Assembly: GCF_009914755.1 (NCBI RefSeq)
Contig: NC_060947.1
Strand: one strand, 5' to 3'
Length of the DNA: 64,000 bases
Origin: the human T2T-CHM13v2.0 reference genome, Homo sapiens
Part shown: piece by piece, positions 14,426-30,897 of the stretch
Numbering within the stretch: the stretch's first letter is position 1
Layout: each line of letters starts with the position of its first letter
The notes under the pieces: generated by a model
What the model saw: only the letters and a program-made list of their open reading frames with translations
What the model was told of the DNA's origin: nothing
The model's database searches: none
Translations under genes and position numbers: made by a program

Positions 14426-15149
14426 GTTGTGGTCACGGATCTAATATTATCTATTGGATATTTGCTATTTTTCAGGCACTAAGAATTTTATATTTATTAG
14501 ATGTCTAACCCATAATTATTTAGATATTAAAACACCCTGCACCAGGAAGTTATAAATGGGCAATTTGTATTAAGTACTAACAACTTGCTCATACAGATAT
14601 GTGCTTTGAAAGTGAATCATTGAAATTATAAATTAAATAGTATTTTTGTTTCTCACACCATTGATTTATAACCACTGCTCTAGCCAGTCTATTCAAGAAA
14701 ATTATAGGGTATGTAGATACACAAAATTGGAATGGAGGAAGAAATAGGCACAGATATAAAATAGGTGTTTGTTCATCAGGATGTATTTGTGTAAAATTTT
14801 ATAAAAACTGAAATTGAAAATCTTGGGAACATAGACAATTATATATAAAGACAATATTGCCAAAATTACTTCAACAATGAGACACCTGAACAAGTCAATA
14901 AGCATGGAGGAATGTGAAAAGGACTCAGGTGGAGTTAGAGAGAAATTCTGACAAATGTTAAGTGACAGATAATTCCAGAAGTTGGGAAAAAAAAAACAGA
15001 AATCTTTCTCCTCTGTGTATATGGCTGAAGTCATCACTAGAGGAACAGAATCTTTTTGACCAACAAAAATACAGAACTGAATCTAAGGAAATCATGGCTG
15101 CTGAAAAAAATACAACAACGACACAGAATACCAAAAGGAAAATATCTCA

Positions 15150-17132
15150 AAATTATGTATACCAGCATCTCTGTGTGACCTCTGAAACACACATATGCAG
15201 AACAGAAACAAAGACAAAATCAAAAGATAACGATCCGAACTGAGACAGAGATGTCCAATAAACAAAGTTTATAGTGCAAGTTCAGTCAAGATAATTACCA
15301 GCATAAAAACAAATAGAGAAACTCATCAGGTTAATAACAGAATTCAGAATATTCACAAATTAGTATTTATAATATCCATGATTCTTCCAAAATAACCAGT
15401 GGAACCAGTGGAAAACCTCAAAAGAAGGAAAATCAATCAAGTCTGACCCTGAGATGAAACAGATTTTAGAAATAGCTCATAATATTTTAAAAGTGGTCCT
15501 TTTAACGAACCTAAATGAAATAAATCAAAGTCTATTCAAAATAAATGAAATTATAAAAATCTCAGGAGATAAATGGAAACAATAAAAAATGCAAATTCTT
15601 GAACTGGAAAATATATTTTAAATATAAAAGTCACTAGATGAATTTAACAGTAAAGTGGATATGAAAAAATAATGAGAACTTGGAAATAAATATATAGAAA
15701 TTATCCAATGTACAGGATATACAGAGAAACACACACACACACACACACAAATAGAACAGATTATGAAGGATCTGTTGGATAATATAAAACAGCCTAACGT
15801 ACTTATAATTGGAATCCCTGGAAGAGAGGAGAAACAGAATGAATCAGAAAAAAAATGAAGAAATAGTGGCTAAAAACTTCCAAAATATAATGATGAAAGG
15901 CAGAAAATTATTTACTACAAGATATTCAATGCACACCAAGCAAAATAAATTCTCAAGAAAAGCATGCTGAGTCACATCATGTTGAAACTTAAAATTCAAA
16001 GAAAAGGTGAAAATTCTGAAAGCAGCAAGAGAAAAATGACACATTACTTAGAGCAGAACAAGTGATCCAGTTAATAGTTCACTTTGAATCAGAAACCCTG
16101 GAGGCCACATGAGAGTGAAAAACATCTTTAAGCTGCTGAAAGAAGACAGCTCAAAAATATCCTTCAAGAAAAGAAGTACGATGAATACATTTTAACAAAA
16201 AATAAAGAAAATTTATTCCATCAAAGCTGACCTATAAGAAATGCTAAACAGTACATTTTTCCCACTGAAGAAAAATGGCTTAATATTGTTACTATAATAC
16301 TCCCCAAATTGATCTACATATTTAATGATATCGCTATTAAAAATTTCAACTGCATTTTTTTGGCTGAAATTTATAACAAAGCTGATTGTAAAATTCATAT
16401 GGTAATGCAAAGGTGCCAAAGCAATTAAATGGAAAAAGGGTAGTCTTTTCAAAAAACTGGTGCTGGAAGAATTGGCTATCTATATGCAAAATGATGAATT
16501 TGGACTCAAAACATACACCTCACACAGAAATTAACTCAATATGGATCATCCACCTAAATTAAAGAGCAAAATCTAGAAAAACTCTTAGAAGAAACAAATA
16601 AATATTTATGATGCTAAGCTGGGCCAATAAAAACAATTTTAAAAATAGACAAAAGCTTTAAATAGACATTTCTCTAAGGAAAGATATACAAGTGGCCAAC
16701 AAGCTGATGAAAAGATACTCAACATTATTACATTAGGGAAATGCAAATCAAGACCAGATGTTATCCTACCTGGGTTGCTGTAACCTAAAGACAGATGATA
16801 ACAAGTACTGCTGAAGATTTAGAGATACATATAACAACATGAATAAATTTCAAATGCATTATGCTGAGATAAGGAAGCCATATTCAAAAGACCACTGTAA
16901 CATTTCATACTAGAACATCTCAAAAAGACAAAAATATAGAGAACAGATCAGTGATTGCCAGCAGTTGAGATGGGGGTGGGGAGAAATTAAACTATAAAGT
17001 GGGTACAAAAGGAAATTTGGAGGGTGACACATTGGTTCTATATCTTGGTTTATGTAGTAGTTACAAGATTGCATGCATTTGTCAAAACAAATAGTACTGT
17101 TCACAAAAAGGCCAACTTGTAGTGAAGATAAG
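15150..17132 (+). mobile_element. Old L1M fragments (ORF1, ORF2 pieces, 3' end)
   Basis: ORF1 motifs (attggaatccctggaagagaggaga, aaagcagcaagagaaaaatgacacatta) and ORF2 motifs (aaactggtgctggaagaattgg, tagacatttctctaaggaaagatataca). The 3' tip resumes at 17688. Confidence 0.8.
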
Positions 17133-17687
17133 TGTGATGATTAATATTAGGTATTAACTTGATTGGATTGAAGGACGTTAGATGGCTGGTAAAGTATTGT
17201 TTCTGGGTGTGTCTGTGAGGGTGTTGCCAGAGGAGATCGACATTTGAGTCAGTGGACTGGTAGAGGAAGACTCATCCTCCATGTCGGTGAGCACCATGCA
17301 ACTGGCTGCCAGCTGACTAGAACAAAGCAGGAAGAAGGCAGCCGGATAACCTCGCTTGCTGGGTCTTCTTCCTTCTTTTTCCCAGGCTGGATGCTTCTGC
17401 TTCTCCTGCCCGTGGACATCTTTGGCCTTTGGACTCTGGGACTTGTACCAGTGGCTTGCTGGGGGCTCTTGGGCCTTCAACCACAGACTGAAGGCTGCAC
17501 TCTCTCAGCTTCCCTGGTTTTGAGGCTTTTGGACTTGGACTTCTACCAGCTTCTCTCTTCCCCAGCTTGCAGGAGGCCTATCCTGGTACTTTGCCTTGTA
17601 ATCCTGTTTGTCAATTCTCCCTAATAAACTCCCTTTCGTATATAAATGTATCATACTGGTTCTGTCCATCTGGAGAACCCTAATACA
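17133..17687 (+). mobile_element. MLT2A2-like solo LTR (HERV-L)
   Basis: Begins tgtgatgattaatattagg...cttgattggattgaagg, contains tttctgggtgtgtctgtgagggtgttgccagagg, and ends ggagaaccctaataca. 5-bp TSD ataag/gtaag. Confidence 0.9.
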
Positions 17688-19002
17688 GTAAGTTATACCT
17701 CAATTAAATTAACTACCCATAAAAAGACAAAGAAAGAAAAAGGACATAAGGAAAGACCAACAGAAAAAATATTACAGCATGAATATAGGCTATTCACAAT
17801 CATTAAATTCTAAGTGCACAATAAAATATGAGAAAACATACAACTTTTTAGTAGTAAGATAAATATAGATTTTAAAAGTAAATCACCTTTTAATTAATTC
17901 AACAAACTAAAAGCTCAAATACAAGTTGAAAATAAATATGAATATGAAAATTTTAAAAAGTGGTTGTAACAAACAAAAACACTGAATGAAACTAAATTAT
18001 AGAACTCAAAACTCAATTGAACAGTTTGATACTGAAAAAAATAAGTCAATAGAATATAAAACACAGGATCACACTAAGATAAATGCAAACACTTATGGTA
18101 TAATAAATTAAGCATTCCATATGCATAGGGAGATATTTATTCAACAAAATGGTTCTTGGAAAATTGATTAAATAAAAATGAAAAATAAAATTATGACCCT
18201 GCCTCACTCAATATACCAAAATGAATTCTCATGAAATAATTATAAAATAACTAATTAAATGATCTAGAAGATCATTACTGTAATAGTATGTTTTCTCCTC
18301 ATCCTAAATGCATTACCACTGTTTCTGAAGCATGGTCTAAATACACGTTTCTCCTCAATAAAAATAATTTCATTATTTTTAAATGAGGTCTTACTTGACA
18401 GAGAAAAAGTATTATTTTATTTTGAAACAACTTCAGAAATGCAAACAACAGTATTGGTATTACATACCTGAGAACCATAAGTGATGCAGTAATTTCTGAT
18501 TAATGATGCAATTTTTGCTTTGGGACAAAGCTAAGTGTGGGATTTTATTGCCTGCTGGAGAAATTTAGGATACTAAATGAGCTGTAGTATTTCATAAAGA
18601 AAACATACATTCTGTTTCTCTGTATCTTCCCTCATTTACCTTCATTTTAAACTTGTATTTGTAAGTTAAAGTGGAAATATATTGGCTTTAATTACCCTTA
18701 ATAACAACAAGTTTAATTAAAACTATTGATGCAAGAAGAGGCAAAGTAACTCTGTTGCAAATGAATTTACTTAAAGTCGCAATTATAACATCATTTTGCT
18801 AACAATTGAACAATAGCCTGGTAATCAAATCAATACACATATTGGATGCTTTGTCCTAACCTCCACTGTGATATAATTTGTTTTACGTTACTGAAAGTAC
18901 TATCCTAGCATTTTCTGTTTATGACATAACAACATGGAATCTTGCACTATACTTTTTTTAACCATAGAGAATAATTTAGTTTATTTTTTCAAAAAGAAAA
19001 GC

Positions 19003-19384
<382 letters not shown>

Positions 19385-20116
19385 TCAAGACTATTCCTAT
19401 TGTATGAATAGGCAAAGTGCATTTCATTTCCTTCGGTGATACATACTTTCATTTTTTATTCTTTTCTTTTTAAATATGAGATTATTGATCCATTGTTAAA
19501 TTATATTATGCTCCTAACAGTTGAATGGTCTTTCATGTTTTGCCAGTTAAGAAAGATTTTCTTGCAAAACTTCATTCTTGAAGATTTCCTTTTCAACGAG
19601 AATTAGATTTTCCTTTGGGAGAAATTAGATCTTTCCTGACTGTCAAAACATCACACATTTTCTCTTTTGAACCTTAATAATTAAGGAAGGGTGATCTTTG
19701 CAAAATTTCCTCTTACTATCTCTTTTCCACAAAATTAATATCAGTCATTAACATGGTGTTTTGATTATTAATTTAGTTATAATATACTGTGGAATTATAA
19801 CACATGGGAAAATAAAATGCATGATAACAGTCGCACAAAGGCTAAGAGAAGGGAAATAAAGTATATAAGTTTTTATTTACTATTTGAGAAGTGGAATATT
19901 AATTGAAGACAGAATTTCATAAATTAAAGAGATACATTGCAAATTCTCAAGTACACACTTTAAAAAGAGGTAGAGCTTACTAGCCAATAAAGAAGAGAAT
20001 ATTCACTAATACCAATATTCAACATAAAACAAAGCAGAGAAAAGTAAAACGGGGAGGGAAAAAAGTAGGCGGGACACATAGAAAACAAATAGAAATTATA
20101 TTGGTAGTCACATTAA

Positions 20117-20413
<297 letters not shown>

Positions 20414-20652
20414 AATAGTCACATTAAATTTAAATGGCATATCACTATAAATAAAAGGCAAAGATTATAATATTTAAAAGCAAGACTCAATTATATGCTG
20501 ACGAAAAAGCTTATTTTAAATAAAAAGATAATAGAGTAAAAGTAAAATGAAGAAAAAATTATATATGCAAACACTATTCTAAGGAAAGCTGAAAAAACTA
20601 TAATGCATCAAAGTGGATTTCAGCAAGGTACATTACCAATGACTAAAAATAC

Positions 20653-21098
20653 TTTTTTTTTTTTTTTAATTTTACTTTAAGTTCTGGGATACATGTGCAG
20701 AACGTGCAGGTTTGTCACATCAGTATATATGTCCCATGGTGGTTTGCTGCACCCATCAACCTGTCATCTAGGTTTTAAGCCCCACATGCATCAGATATTT
20801 CTCCTAACGCTCTCCCTCACCTTGCCCCACACCGAATGACAGGCCCCAGTATGCAACATTTCCTTCCCTGTGTCCACGTGTTTTCATTGTTCAACTCCCA
20901 CTTATGAGTGAGAACATATGGTGTTTGGTTTTCTGTTCCTGTGTTAGTTTGCTGAGAATGATGGCTTCCAGCTTCATCCATGCCCCTGCAAATGACATGA
21001 ACTCATTCTTTTTCATGGCTGCATAGTGTTCCATGGTGTATATATGCCACATTTTCTTTATCCAGTCTATCATTGATGGCATTTGGGTTAGTTCCAAA
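20653..21098 (-). mobile_element. L1PA7/8-like 3' fragment
   Basis: Poly(T) followed by tactttaagttctgggatacatgtgcagaacgtgcagg. The ORF2 C-terminus reads [27 protein letters not shown]. Confidence 0.9.
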
Positions 21099-22157
21099 TC
21101 TAAAGAGACTAATTTAATAAAGATAAAAGATTAAATTTAAAAAGATGCTATAACAACCCAAAATGTATATGCACTGATTAAAAGATCTTTGGAATAAATA
21201 GAAGCAAAAACTTTGAGAACTGGGAAGAAAGGACAAACCACAATTCTAGTTGAAAACTGCAAGACCCTTCTTGTAAGAGTTGAGAGAATAAACGAACAGA
21301 ATATTAGTAATGATACAGAAGATTGGAATGATTATCAACCTCATTAATTTATGTGGTGATTAATGAGGTTAAAAAAATGGAAAGAAATGACATGTAGCAT
21401 TAATATGTTTTTGTCCAAAATGAAATTAAATTAGAAAAAAAGAAACCTAGAAAATAAGCAAGTATTTTAAAATTAAACAATATACCACAAAATAACCCAT
21501 AGCCCAAATAACAAACCACAAGAAAAACTACAAGTTATATTGAACTAATGAAAATGAGAACAAAATAACGCAAAATTTGTTTTAGTCTGCTAAGGCAGTG
21601 CTTAGATAAAAATGTAGAGCAGTAAATCTTTACCAAAAAAAGAAAGTTTTAAAATCAGTTATTTAATCTTTCACACTGAGAAATTAGAAAAAGATCAAAT
21701 TACACAGAAAGTAAACAGAAAGAAAAATAAGAATATAGAAAATTTGAGTGGCACAGTCATCCAACTGGTCTAGCTGATATTTATAGAACAGTTAACCCAA
21801 CAGGAGAATTTACAATCTTCTCAAGTGCACAAAAGATATCCATCAACATACACCAGCTTCTGGGTCATAAACCAAGCCTTAAGAGATTAAAACAGACTCA
21901 AGTCATATATAGTATATTTTTTGATCCAATGCAAAAAAACTAGATATCAATAATGTAAAGATTTTTGGAAAATCTTCCAAACATTTTGAAAACAAACATT
22001 TAAATAATCTGTAGGACAAAGAAGTAACAGAAAAAATCAAAAGTTATTTTAAAGTTAATCAAAATAAAAACACAGTCAATCAAAATTTGTGGGACGTTGT
22101 TAAAGCAATATGTTGGGTAAATTCATAGTTCTAAATGTACATTAATGTAAAAGAAAA

Positions 22158-23414
22158 AATGGTGCTTGGATAACTGGGAAGCCATATGCAGAAGAATGAA
22201 ACTGGACCCCTGCATTTTGCTATATACAAAAATTAGCTCAAGATGGATTAAATATTTAAACGTAAGACCTCAAACTAAAAAATACTACAAGAAACTCTAG
22301 GAAATATCCTTATCAGCATCAGCCTTGGCAAAGAATTTATGGCTAAGTCCTCAAAAGCAATTTCAATATAACACAAATTGATATGTGGTACTTAAACAAA
22401 AGTGCTTCTGTACAGCAACAGAAACCATCAACAAAGTAAACAGAGAACCTACAGAATTCAAGAAAATATTTGCAAGCTATACATCTGACAAAGATTTAAT
22501 ATCCAGAATCTGTAAGGAAATTAAACAACTCAGCAGGCAAAAAAAAACAAATAACCCCATTAAAAAATGGGCAAAGAACATGAACAGACGTTTCTCAAAA
22601 GAAGAAATATAACTGGCAAACAAACACACGCGAAAATGCTCCCCATAACTAATCGTCAGACAAATGCAAATCAAAACCACAGACAGATATCATCTCACAC
22701 CAGTCAAAATGGCTACTGTTGGAAAGTAAAATTAAATAACTAAATAAATAAATGCTGGCAAAGCTGCAGAAAAAAAAAAGGAATGCTTAAAACTGTTGGG
22801 GGGAATGTAAATAAATTCAGCCACTATGGAAAGCAGTTTGGAGATTTCTCAAAGGGCTAAAAACAGAAGTACCATTCAACTCAACAATCCCATTATTGAA
22901 TAAATACCCAAAGGAAAATATATTGCTCTACCAAAAAGACACATGCACTCATATGTTTATTGCAGCACTATTCACAATAGCGAAGATATGGAGTCAACCT
23001 AGATGCCCATCAACAGAGGACTGAATAAAGAAAATGTGGTACATATACATCATGGAATACTACATAGCCATATAAAAGAACAAAATTATGGTTTTTGTAG
23101 GAACACTGATTTACCTGGAGGCCATTATTCTAAGTGAATTAATGCAGGAAAAGAAAACCAAATACTGCATGTTCTCACAAATAGGAGCTAAACTCTGAGT
23201 ACATATGAACATAAAGATGAGAAAAATAAACCTTGGGGATTACTAAAGAGGGGAGACAGGGAGAAGGGTAAGGGCTGAAAAACTGCCCATTGCGTCCTAT
23301 GCTCACTATCTGGGTGACAGGATCATTTGTATCCCAAAGCTAAGCATCACACAATATTCCCATGTAACAAATTTGCAGATGTACCCCCTGAATCTAAAAT
23401 AAAAGTTGAAATTT
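22158..23414 (+). mobile_element. L1PA15-17-like 5'-truncated element
   Basis: ORF2 3' part (aaactggacccc, acatctgacaaag) and a 3'UTR ending atgtaccccctgaatctaaaataaaagttgaaatt. Confidence 0.88.
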
Positions 23415-25153
23415 TATATATATATATAATTATATATAAGCATATATATAGGCATCATATATATAATAAAATTTAAAATTATGTTTATAAGCATTATATG
23501 TATATATGCATTATTAATAATACCTCTATGGCAAGTTACACTTATTGCTTCCTTCAAATTAATTAAAAAAAAAAACAAAATAAGAAAGGTTTCACGTTGA
23601 GGACTTCAACTTTCAGCTGAGAAAATATAAAAAGAAGAGTAAATTAAAAATAAAATAAGCAAAAAAAGGAAACAATAAAGACAGCAGTGGAAATAAATGT
23701 AAGAGAAAACAGAAAATCTGATAAACAATGAAATAAAAAACTAGCTTTTTTAAAAAAATCCATGAAGTTAACATACCTTAGCCAGATTGATTTGGAAAAA
23801 AAAATCACTGTTTATCATAAATGAGAGAGTAGATATAACTACAGATTCCACAGATATTAAGAAATACAAAAGGGAACATTATGAACAAATTAATGACAAG
23901 AAATCTGACAACATAAGTAAAATTATCAAGTTATTTGAAAGAGACAAATTAACAAAAATTACCTAAGAAGAAATAGATAATCTGAATAGTTCCATATCTA
24001 TTAAATTATTTTAGTAAAAATAATTCTTGCAATGAAAACTCCTGGCATAGATAGCACAGTGATGAATTTTAACAAACATTTAAGTAAGAAACCATACCAA
24101 TTCTATGTAAACTCTTGCAGAAAATTGAAAAGAAAAAAATAGTTCCAAACTAATTATAAGACCTACACTATCTTGATACCAAAAGCAAATATATTACAAG
24201 AAAAAGATACAGACAAATGTACTTGGACTTACATGAAAATTTAAGCAAGATGTTAGCAAATAAAATTCCACATTATATAAAAGCATAATAGATCATGACC
24301 AAGGGAGGTTTACATTAACAAACCCAAGAAGAATAACCACATAAACGTCTTAGTAGATACAGACACATTTGAAAAAAATTCAACATCTTTTTCAGTTAAA
24401 GAAAAATCTCAGCAAAATAATAATAGAAGTTCCTAACCTGATAAAGCATATCTCTAAAAAACCCACAGCTATTATATTACTTAGCCAAGGACTGAATGAC
24501 TTCCTGTATATCCAGGATATGAAAAGAACAGTTTTCACTATCACTATTCAACTCTGAACTGGCGGTGCTACTCAGTACATTAACACAAGAAAAATAAGTA
24601 AAGGAAATTATGATTAGAAAGGAAGAAGTGAAGTAGTCTTTATTCACAGTCAACATGATTACCCGTGTAGAAACTGATGAAATGTACAGAAATGCTACTA
24701 GAACTAAAACTTGAGGTTAACAAGGCTGTAAGATACAAATCAATATACCAGATAAATTGTATTTTCATATATGGGCAACAATCAAAACTGAAATGTTTGA
24801 ATGCCATTTACGATACAATAAAAAAATCAAATACTTAAATTTAATGAAATATCTACAATATCTATACACTGAAAAGTGTAAAATTTGTTCAGAGAAACTA
24901 ATTATCTAAATAAATGGAGACATATATGTTTATGCATCAGAAAACTCAATAATGTTTAGCTGTCAGTTTCCCACATACTGATCTATAGATTCAATGTAAA
25001 CTCAATCAAAATTTCAGCAGGGATTTGTTTTGTGAAAAATTGATAAACATATCTAAAATGTGTATGGAAATGCAAAGGAACTCAAATAACCAAAATAGTT
25101 CTGAAAAAGAATAAGGTTTTAGGACTTACCCTACTTTATTTCAAAGCTTATTC

Positions 25154-26327
<1,174 letters not shown>

Positions 26328-27476
26328 TTTATTTCAAAGCTTATTCTTAAGCTACAGTAATCAACACAGTATGTTACTGGTATATAGGTAGACTAATATT
26401 ACAATGGACCAGAAGAGAAAATTCAAAAATAGACCCACGCATAGATGACCAAATGATTTTCAGCAGAGGCACAAAGACAATTCAGTAGAGAAAAGATAGT
26501 TTATTAAGCAAACAGTGCTCAAATAATTAGATATACATAAAAATGAAAGAAATAATTTAGATTTATATTATACATCCTACATAAAATTTAATTCAGAATG
26601 AATTATAGACCTAAATGCAAAACTTAAAACTATAGAATATCTAGGAGAAAATAAGTATGACCTTGGCTTAGGCAAATATTTTTTAGTTATGACATCAAAA
26701 GGAAAGTTCAGTTTAAAAATTGTCAGTTGAACGTATTCAAAACTAAAAACTTATGTACTTCAAAATATATTGCTAAGTGAATTCAAAGATAAACAATAGG
26801 CTGAGAGGAAAATATTTACAAAACATATATCTAATAAGGAACTTACATTTGAAACATAGAAAGAATCCCCAAAACTTATCAGTAAGAAAATCAACAGCCC
26901 TATGAAAAAAATGAGCAAAAGATTTGAATAGGTATGTCAGCAGAGAGGATATAGGGATGGGAAATAAGCATATCGAAAGATGTTCAGCATCATTAGTCAT
27001 TAAGGACATGCACGTTAAAACCACAGTAAAATATTCATAGCAGCCTTATTTGTAATGGTAAAAAAATATATAAAAACAACCCAAATGTCCATCAACAAGT
27101 GATTGTATAATCACACTGTTCTGTATCTATACAATACTACTCAAAATATAAGAGAAATTAACTATGGATATGGGTACTACCGGTGATACATCTGAAGATA
27201 ACTATGTTCTCTAGAAGAAGCCAGAGATAAAAGGGTATATGTGATTTAATTTTTGCACAATTCTAGAAAATTCAAATTAATCTATATTCATGGAAAGCCC
27301 ATAAGTCATTGTCTGCAAATGGTATGACCGTGGGGCAACAGCAGGGAGGGATTACTAAGGGGCACAAGAAAACCCTTAATGGGGATGGATACAATGTGCA
27401 TTTAAACATGTAGTGTACATTTTATGTCAATTATACCTCAATGAGGCTGTTTAAAATGAATAACTATGGTTACCTA

Positions 27477-27830
<354 letters not shown>

Positions 27831-27989
27831 TTAAAAACAACTTCATGTCAATAATTTTGACAACCCAGATGAAACAAAGTCTATGAAAGATAAATATAAT
27901 ACTGTTGAAGCTCACTTAATAAAAAATACATAACCTTTATATTTAGAAAATAAAGTAAATTTAAAATTAAAAATCAACCACAGGAAATA

Positions 27990-29442
27990 GGGCTTATGGC
28001 AATAGCAATGTGAGGAGGTAAAATGATGCTCCCTTGCAGAAAACAAGTATACAACTCAAGAAAAAAAACCCTTCACACTATTTGAGGGCACAGAAAATAA
28101 AAGACAAAGACACATGGAGAATAATTAATCATTTAGTTTTAAAAACTCTAACAACATTAGGTGGGAATGGCACCAAGAAACTCTTGTGAATCTATAAACT
28201 TCTTTTCTTGGGTTGCTTCCATCCAAACACCCTCCACTCAGCTGTCAGAGCTGTAGCTTTAGTGATTTGAGACTGACACCAAAAACAGCACCTTTACAGC
28301 CAGTGGTCCTGAACTCTAATTGCAGTGGAGGATGTATGCAGAAAACTGAATGCTTTGCTGGCTTAAGAGTGACAGACTCATTTCAGAGCAGAGAGGAAAT
28401 GCCCAAGGCCTTGTTAGCCCAGCCATGTTGAAATGATTCAGGGTGAATAGGAGACAAGACAAAAATTAAGGGGGTACTCCTGAAAATTAGAGAGCCATGG
28501 AAGGGCTGAGACCAACTCACACAACCCTGGATGACTGCCAACCCACGTGTGCACTGAAGAGACACAGAAGTGTCCATCAAAAAATCTAGAGATCTAAAGT
28601 ACAACATGAAGACTACAGTTAATAATAATATTGTACTGTATACTGGAAGTTTTCTAAAAGTGTATATTTTAAGTGCTCTTACCACAAAAAACGTGGTGAC
28701 TATATAAGATGATCAATTTCAGTGGCGTAACTGTAGTAACCATTTTATTACGTATATCAAAACATTGTCCTGTACTTTAAATATACACAATTATAAACAA
28801 TAAAAGCAAAAAGAGATGAGAACTGGATGCAACTTTGAATGTTCCTGAAATGACACATCTCAATCCGCAAAAGGGTGGAGGCCTAATGGCCTCAAGGTGT
28901 ATGACCACAAACTGTTTCCAATTTAGAGACTGACTATGCAGACACAGGAGCAATCCCCAGGAAGTAAGACTAAAAAATGTATGTAATACCTTTAAAAAAG
29001 AAAAAAAAGTTACCTGAGACATCAGGAGCTGCGCAGATGCAGGAAAGAGACTCCGCAATAGTCCAGACAAGTTACTAAAACAAAAATTTAAAAACCAATT
29101 GTTTAAAAAATTGAAAAATACACAACAGAAACCAGAAAAGCTGTACTATATTATGTAAAATAACCCATTTTCAACCAAAAATTGCTAAACATGCAAACAA
29201 AAAGGAAAGTGCAACTCATTCAGGAGAAAAAACAGTCAACATTAATTAACTGTACCTAGATACTTAATTTAGCAATAACTTTGAAACAGCCATCATGAAT
29301 ATGTTTAAGAACTGAAGAAAAACACGTTGAAATATCTAGAGGGTAATGTGCTAACAATGAGTTAACAATTAGGGCTCACAACAGAGGAAAAGAAACTATA
29401 AAAAAGAAACTGTGGGGATTCTAGATTTTAAAGGTACAATAG
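27990..29442 (+). mobile_element. Old L1M 5' region / ORF1 start, with an L1MA 3' fragment at about 28580-28810
   Basis: ORF1-like acatgcaaacaaaaaggaaagtg and ttgaaacagccatcatgaatatgttta. The embedded tctagagatctaaagtacaacatgaagactacagttaataat is an L1MA 3'UTR motif. Confidence 0.55.
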
Positions 29443-30854
29443 CTTGCTCAAACCAATGTGATGAAGTGTTTCTCCTACGTTTTCTCTTGGTACTTTCATA
29501 GTTTTGAGTCTTAAAATTAAGTCTTTAATGTAGTTTGAGTTGATTTTGATACATGGGGAGAGACAGGGATTTAGTTCCATTCTTCTGCATGTGGACATTC
29601 AGTTTTCCCAGCCCCATTTACCGAAGAGATTTTATTTCCCTGAGTGTCTGTCCTTGGCACCTTTGTCGAAAATTAGTTGGCTATAAACGCATGGATATAT
29701 ATTTGGGTCTCTATTGTGTTGCATTGGTGTATGTGTCTATTTTTACACCAGTACCATGCTGTTTTGGTTGCTATTGCTCCACGGTACATTTTGAAGTCAG
29801 GTAGTCAGGTAGTGTGATGTTTCTACTTTTTTGTTTGTTTTTTCTGATTTACTCTGGAGTGCTTTGGCTTTTCAGGATCTTTCATGGTTGTATATGAATT
29901 TTAGGATTTTTTTTCTGTTTCTCTGAAAAATGTAACTGATGCCTTGATAGAGAGTGCCTTAAATCTGTAGATTGCTTTGGATAGTATGAACATTTTAACA
30001 ATATTAATTCTTCCAATGCACAAGCATGGGATTTCTTTTCCTTTATTTGTGTTGTCTTCAATTTCTTTCATCAATGTTTTACAGTTTTCATTCCAGAGAT
30101 CTTTCGCCTCCTTATATAACTTATTCTTAGGTATTTTAATATTTTTGTAGCTATTGTAATGGGATTGTTTTCTTGATTTCTTTTTCAGGGTTTTTTGGAT
30201 AAGACCTCAAAAGCATAGGTAACAAAAAGAAGAATAGACAAATAGGATTGTATCAAACAGAAAAGCTTCTACACAGCAAGTAAAACAATCAACCGAGTGA
30301 AGAGACAGGTTACAGAATGGGAGAAAATATTTGCACAATATGTATCTGACAAGGGTTAATATCCAGAATACATAAGTAACTCAAATAACTAAATAGCAAA
30401 TAATAATAATCCAATTTAAAGACAGGCAAATGATCCTAATAGACATTTCTCGAAAGAAGACATACAAATGGCCAATGGGTATATGACAAAATGCTCAACA
30501 TCACCAATCATCAGGGAAATGCAAATCAAAGCCACAGTGAGAAATCACTTCACCTCAGTCAGAATGGCTATTAGAATAAAGTCAAAAAATAACAAATGCT
30601 GGTAAAGATAGAGAGAAAGGGCAACACTTATACACTGGTTGTGGGAACGTAAATTAGTGCAGCCATTATAGACAACAGTATGAATGTTCCTCAGTAAATT
30701 AAAAATAGAACTACCATATGATCTAACAGTACCACTACTGGATACACACACAGACACACACACAAGAAATTAAATCAGTATATCAAAGAGATAGCCATAC
30801 TTGCATGTTTATTGCAGCAATATTCACAACAGACAAGACATTGAAAATGTGATA

Positions 30855-30897
<43 letters not shown>

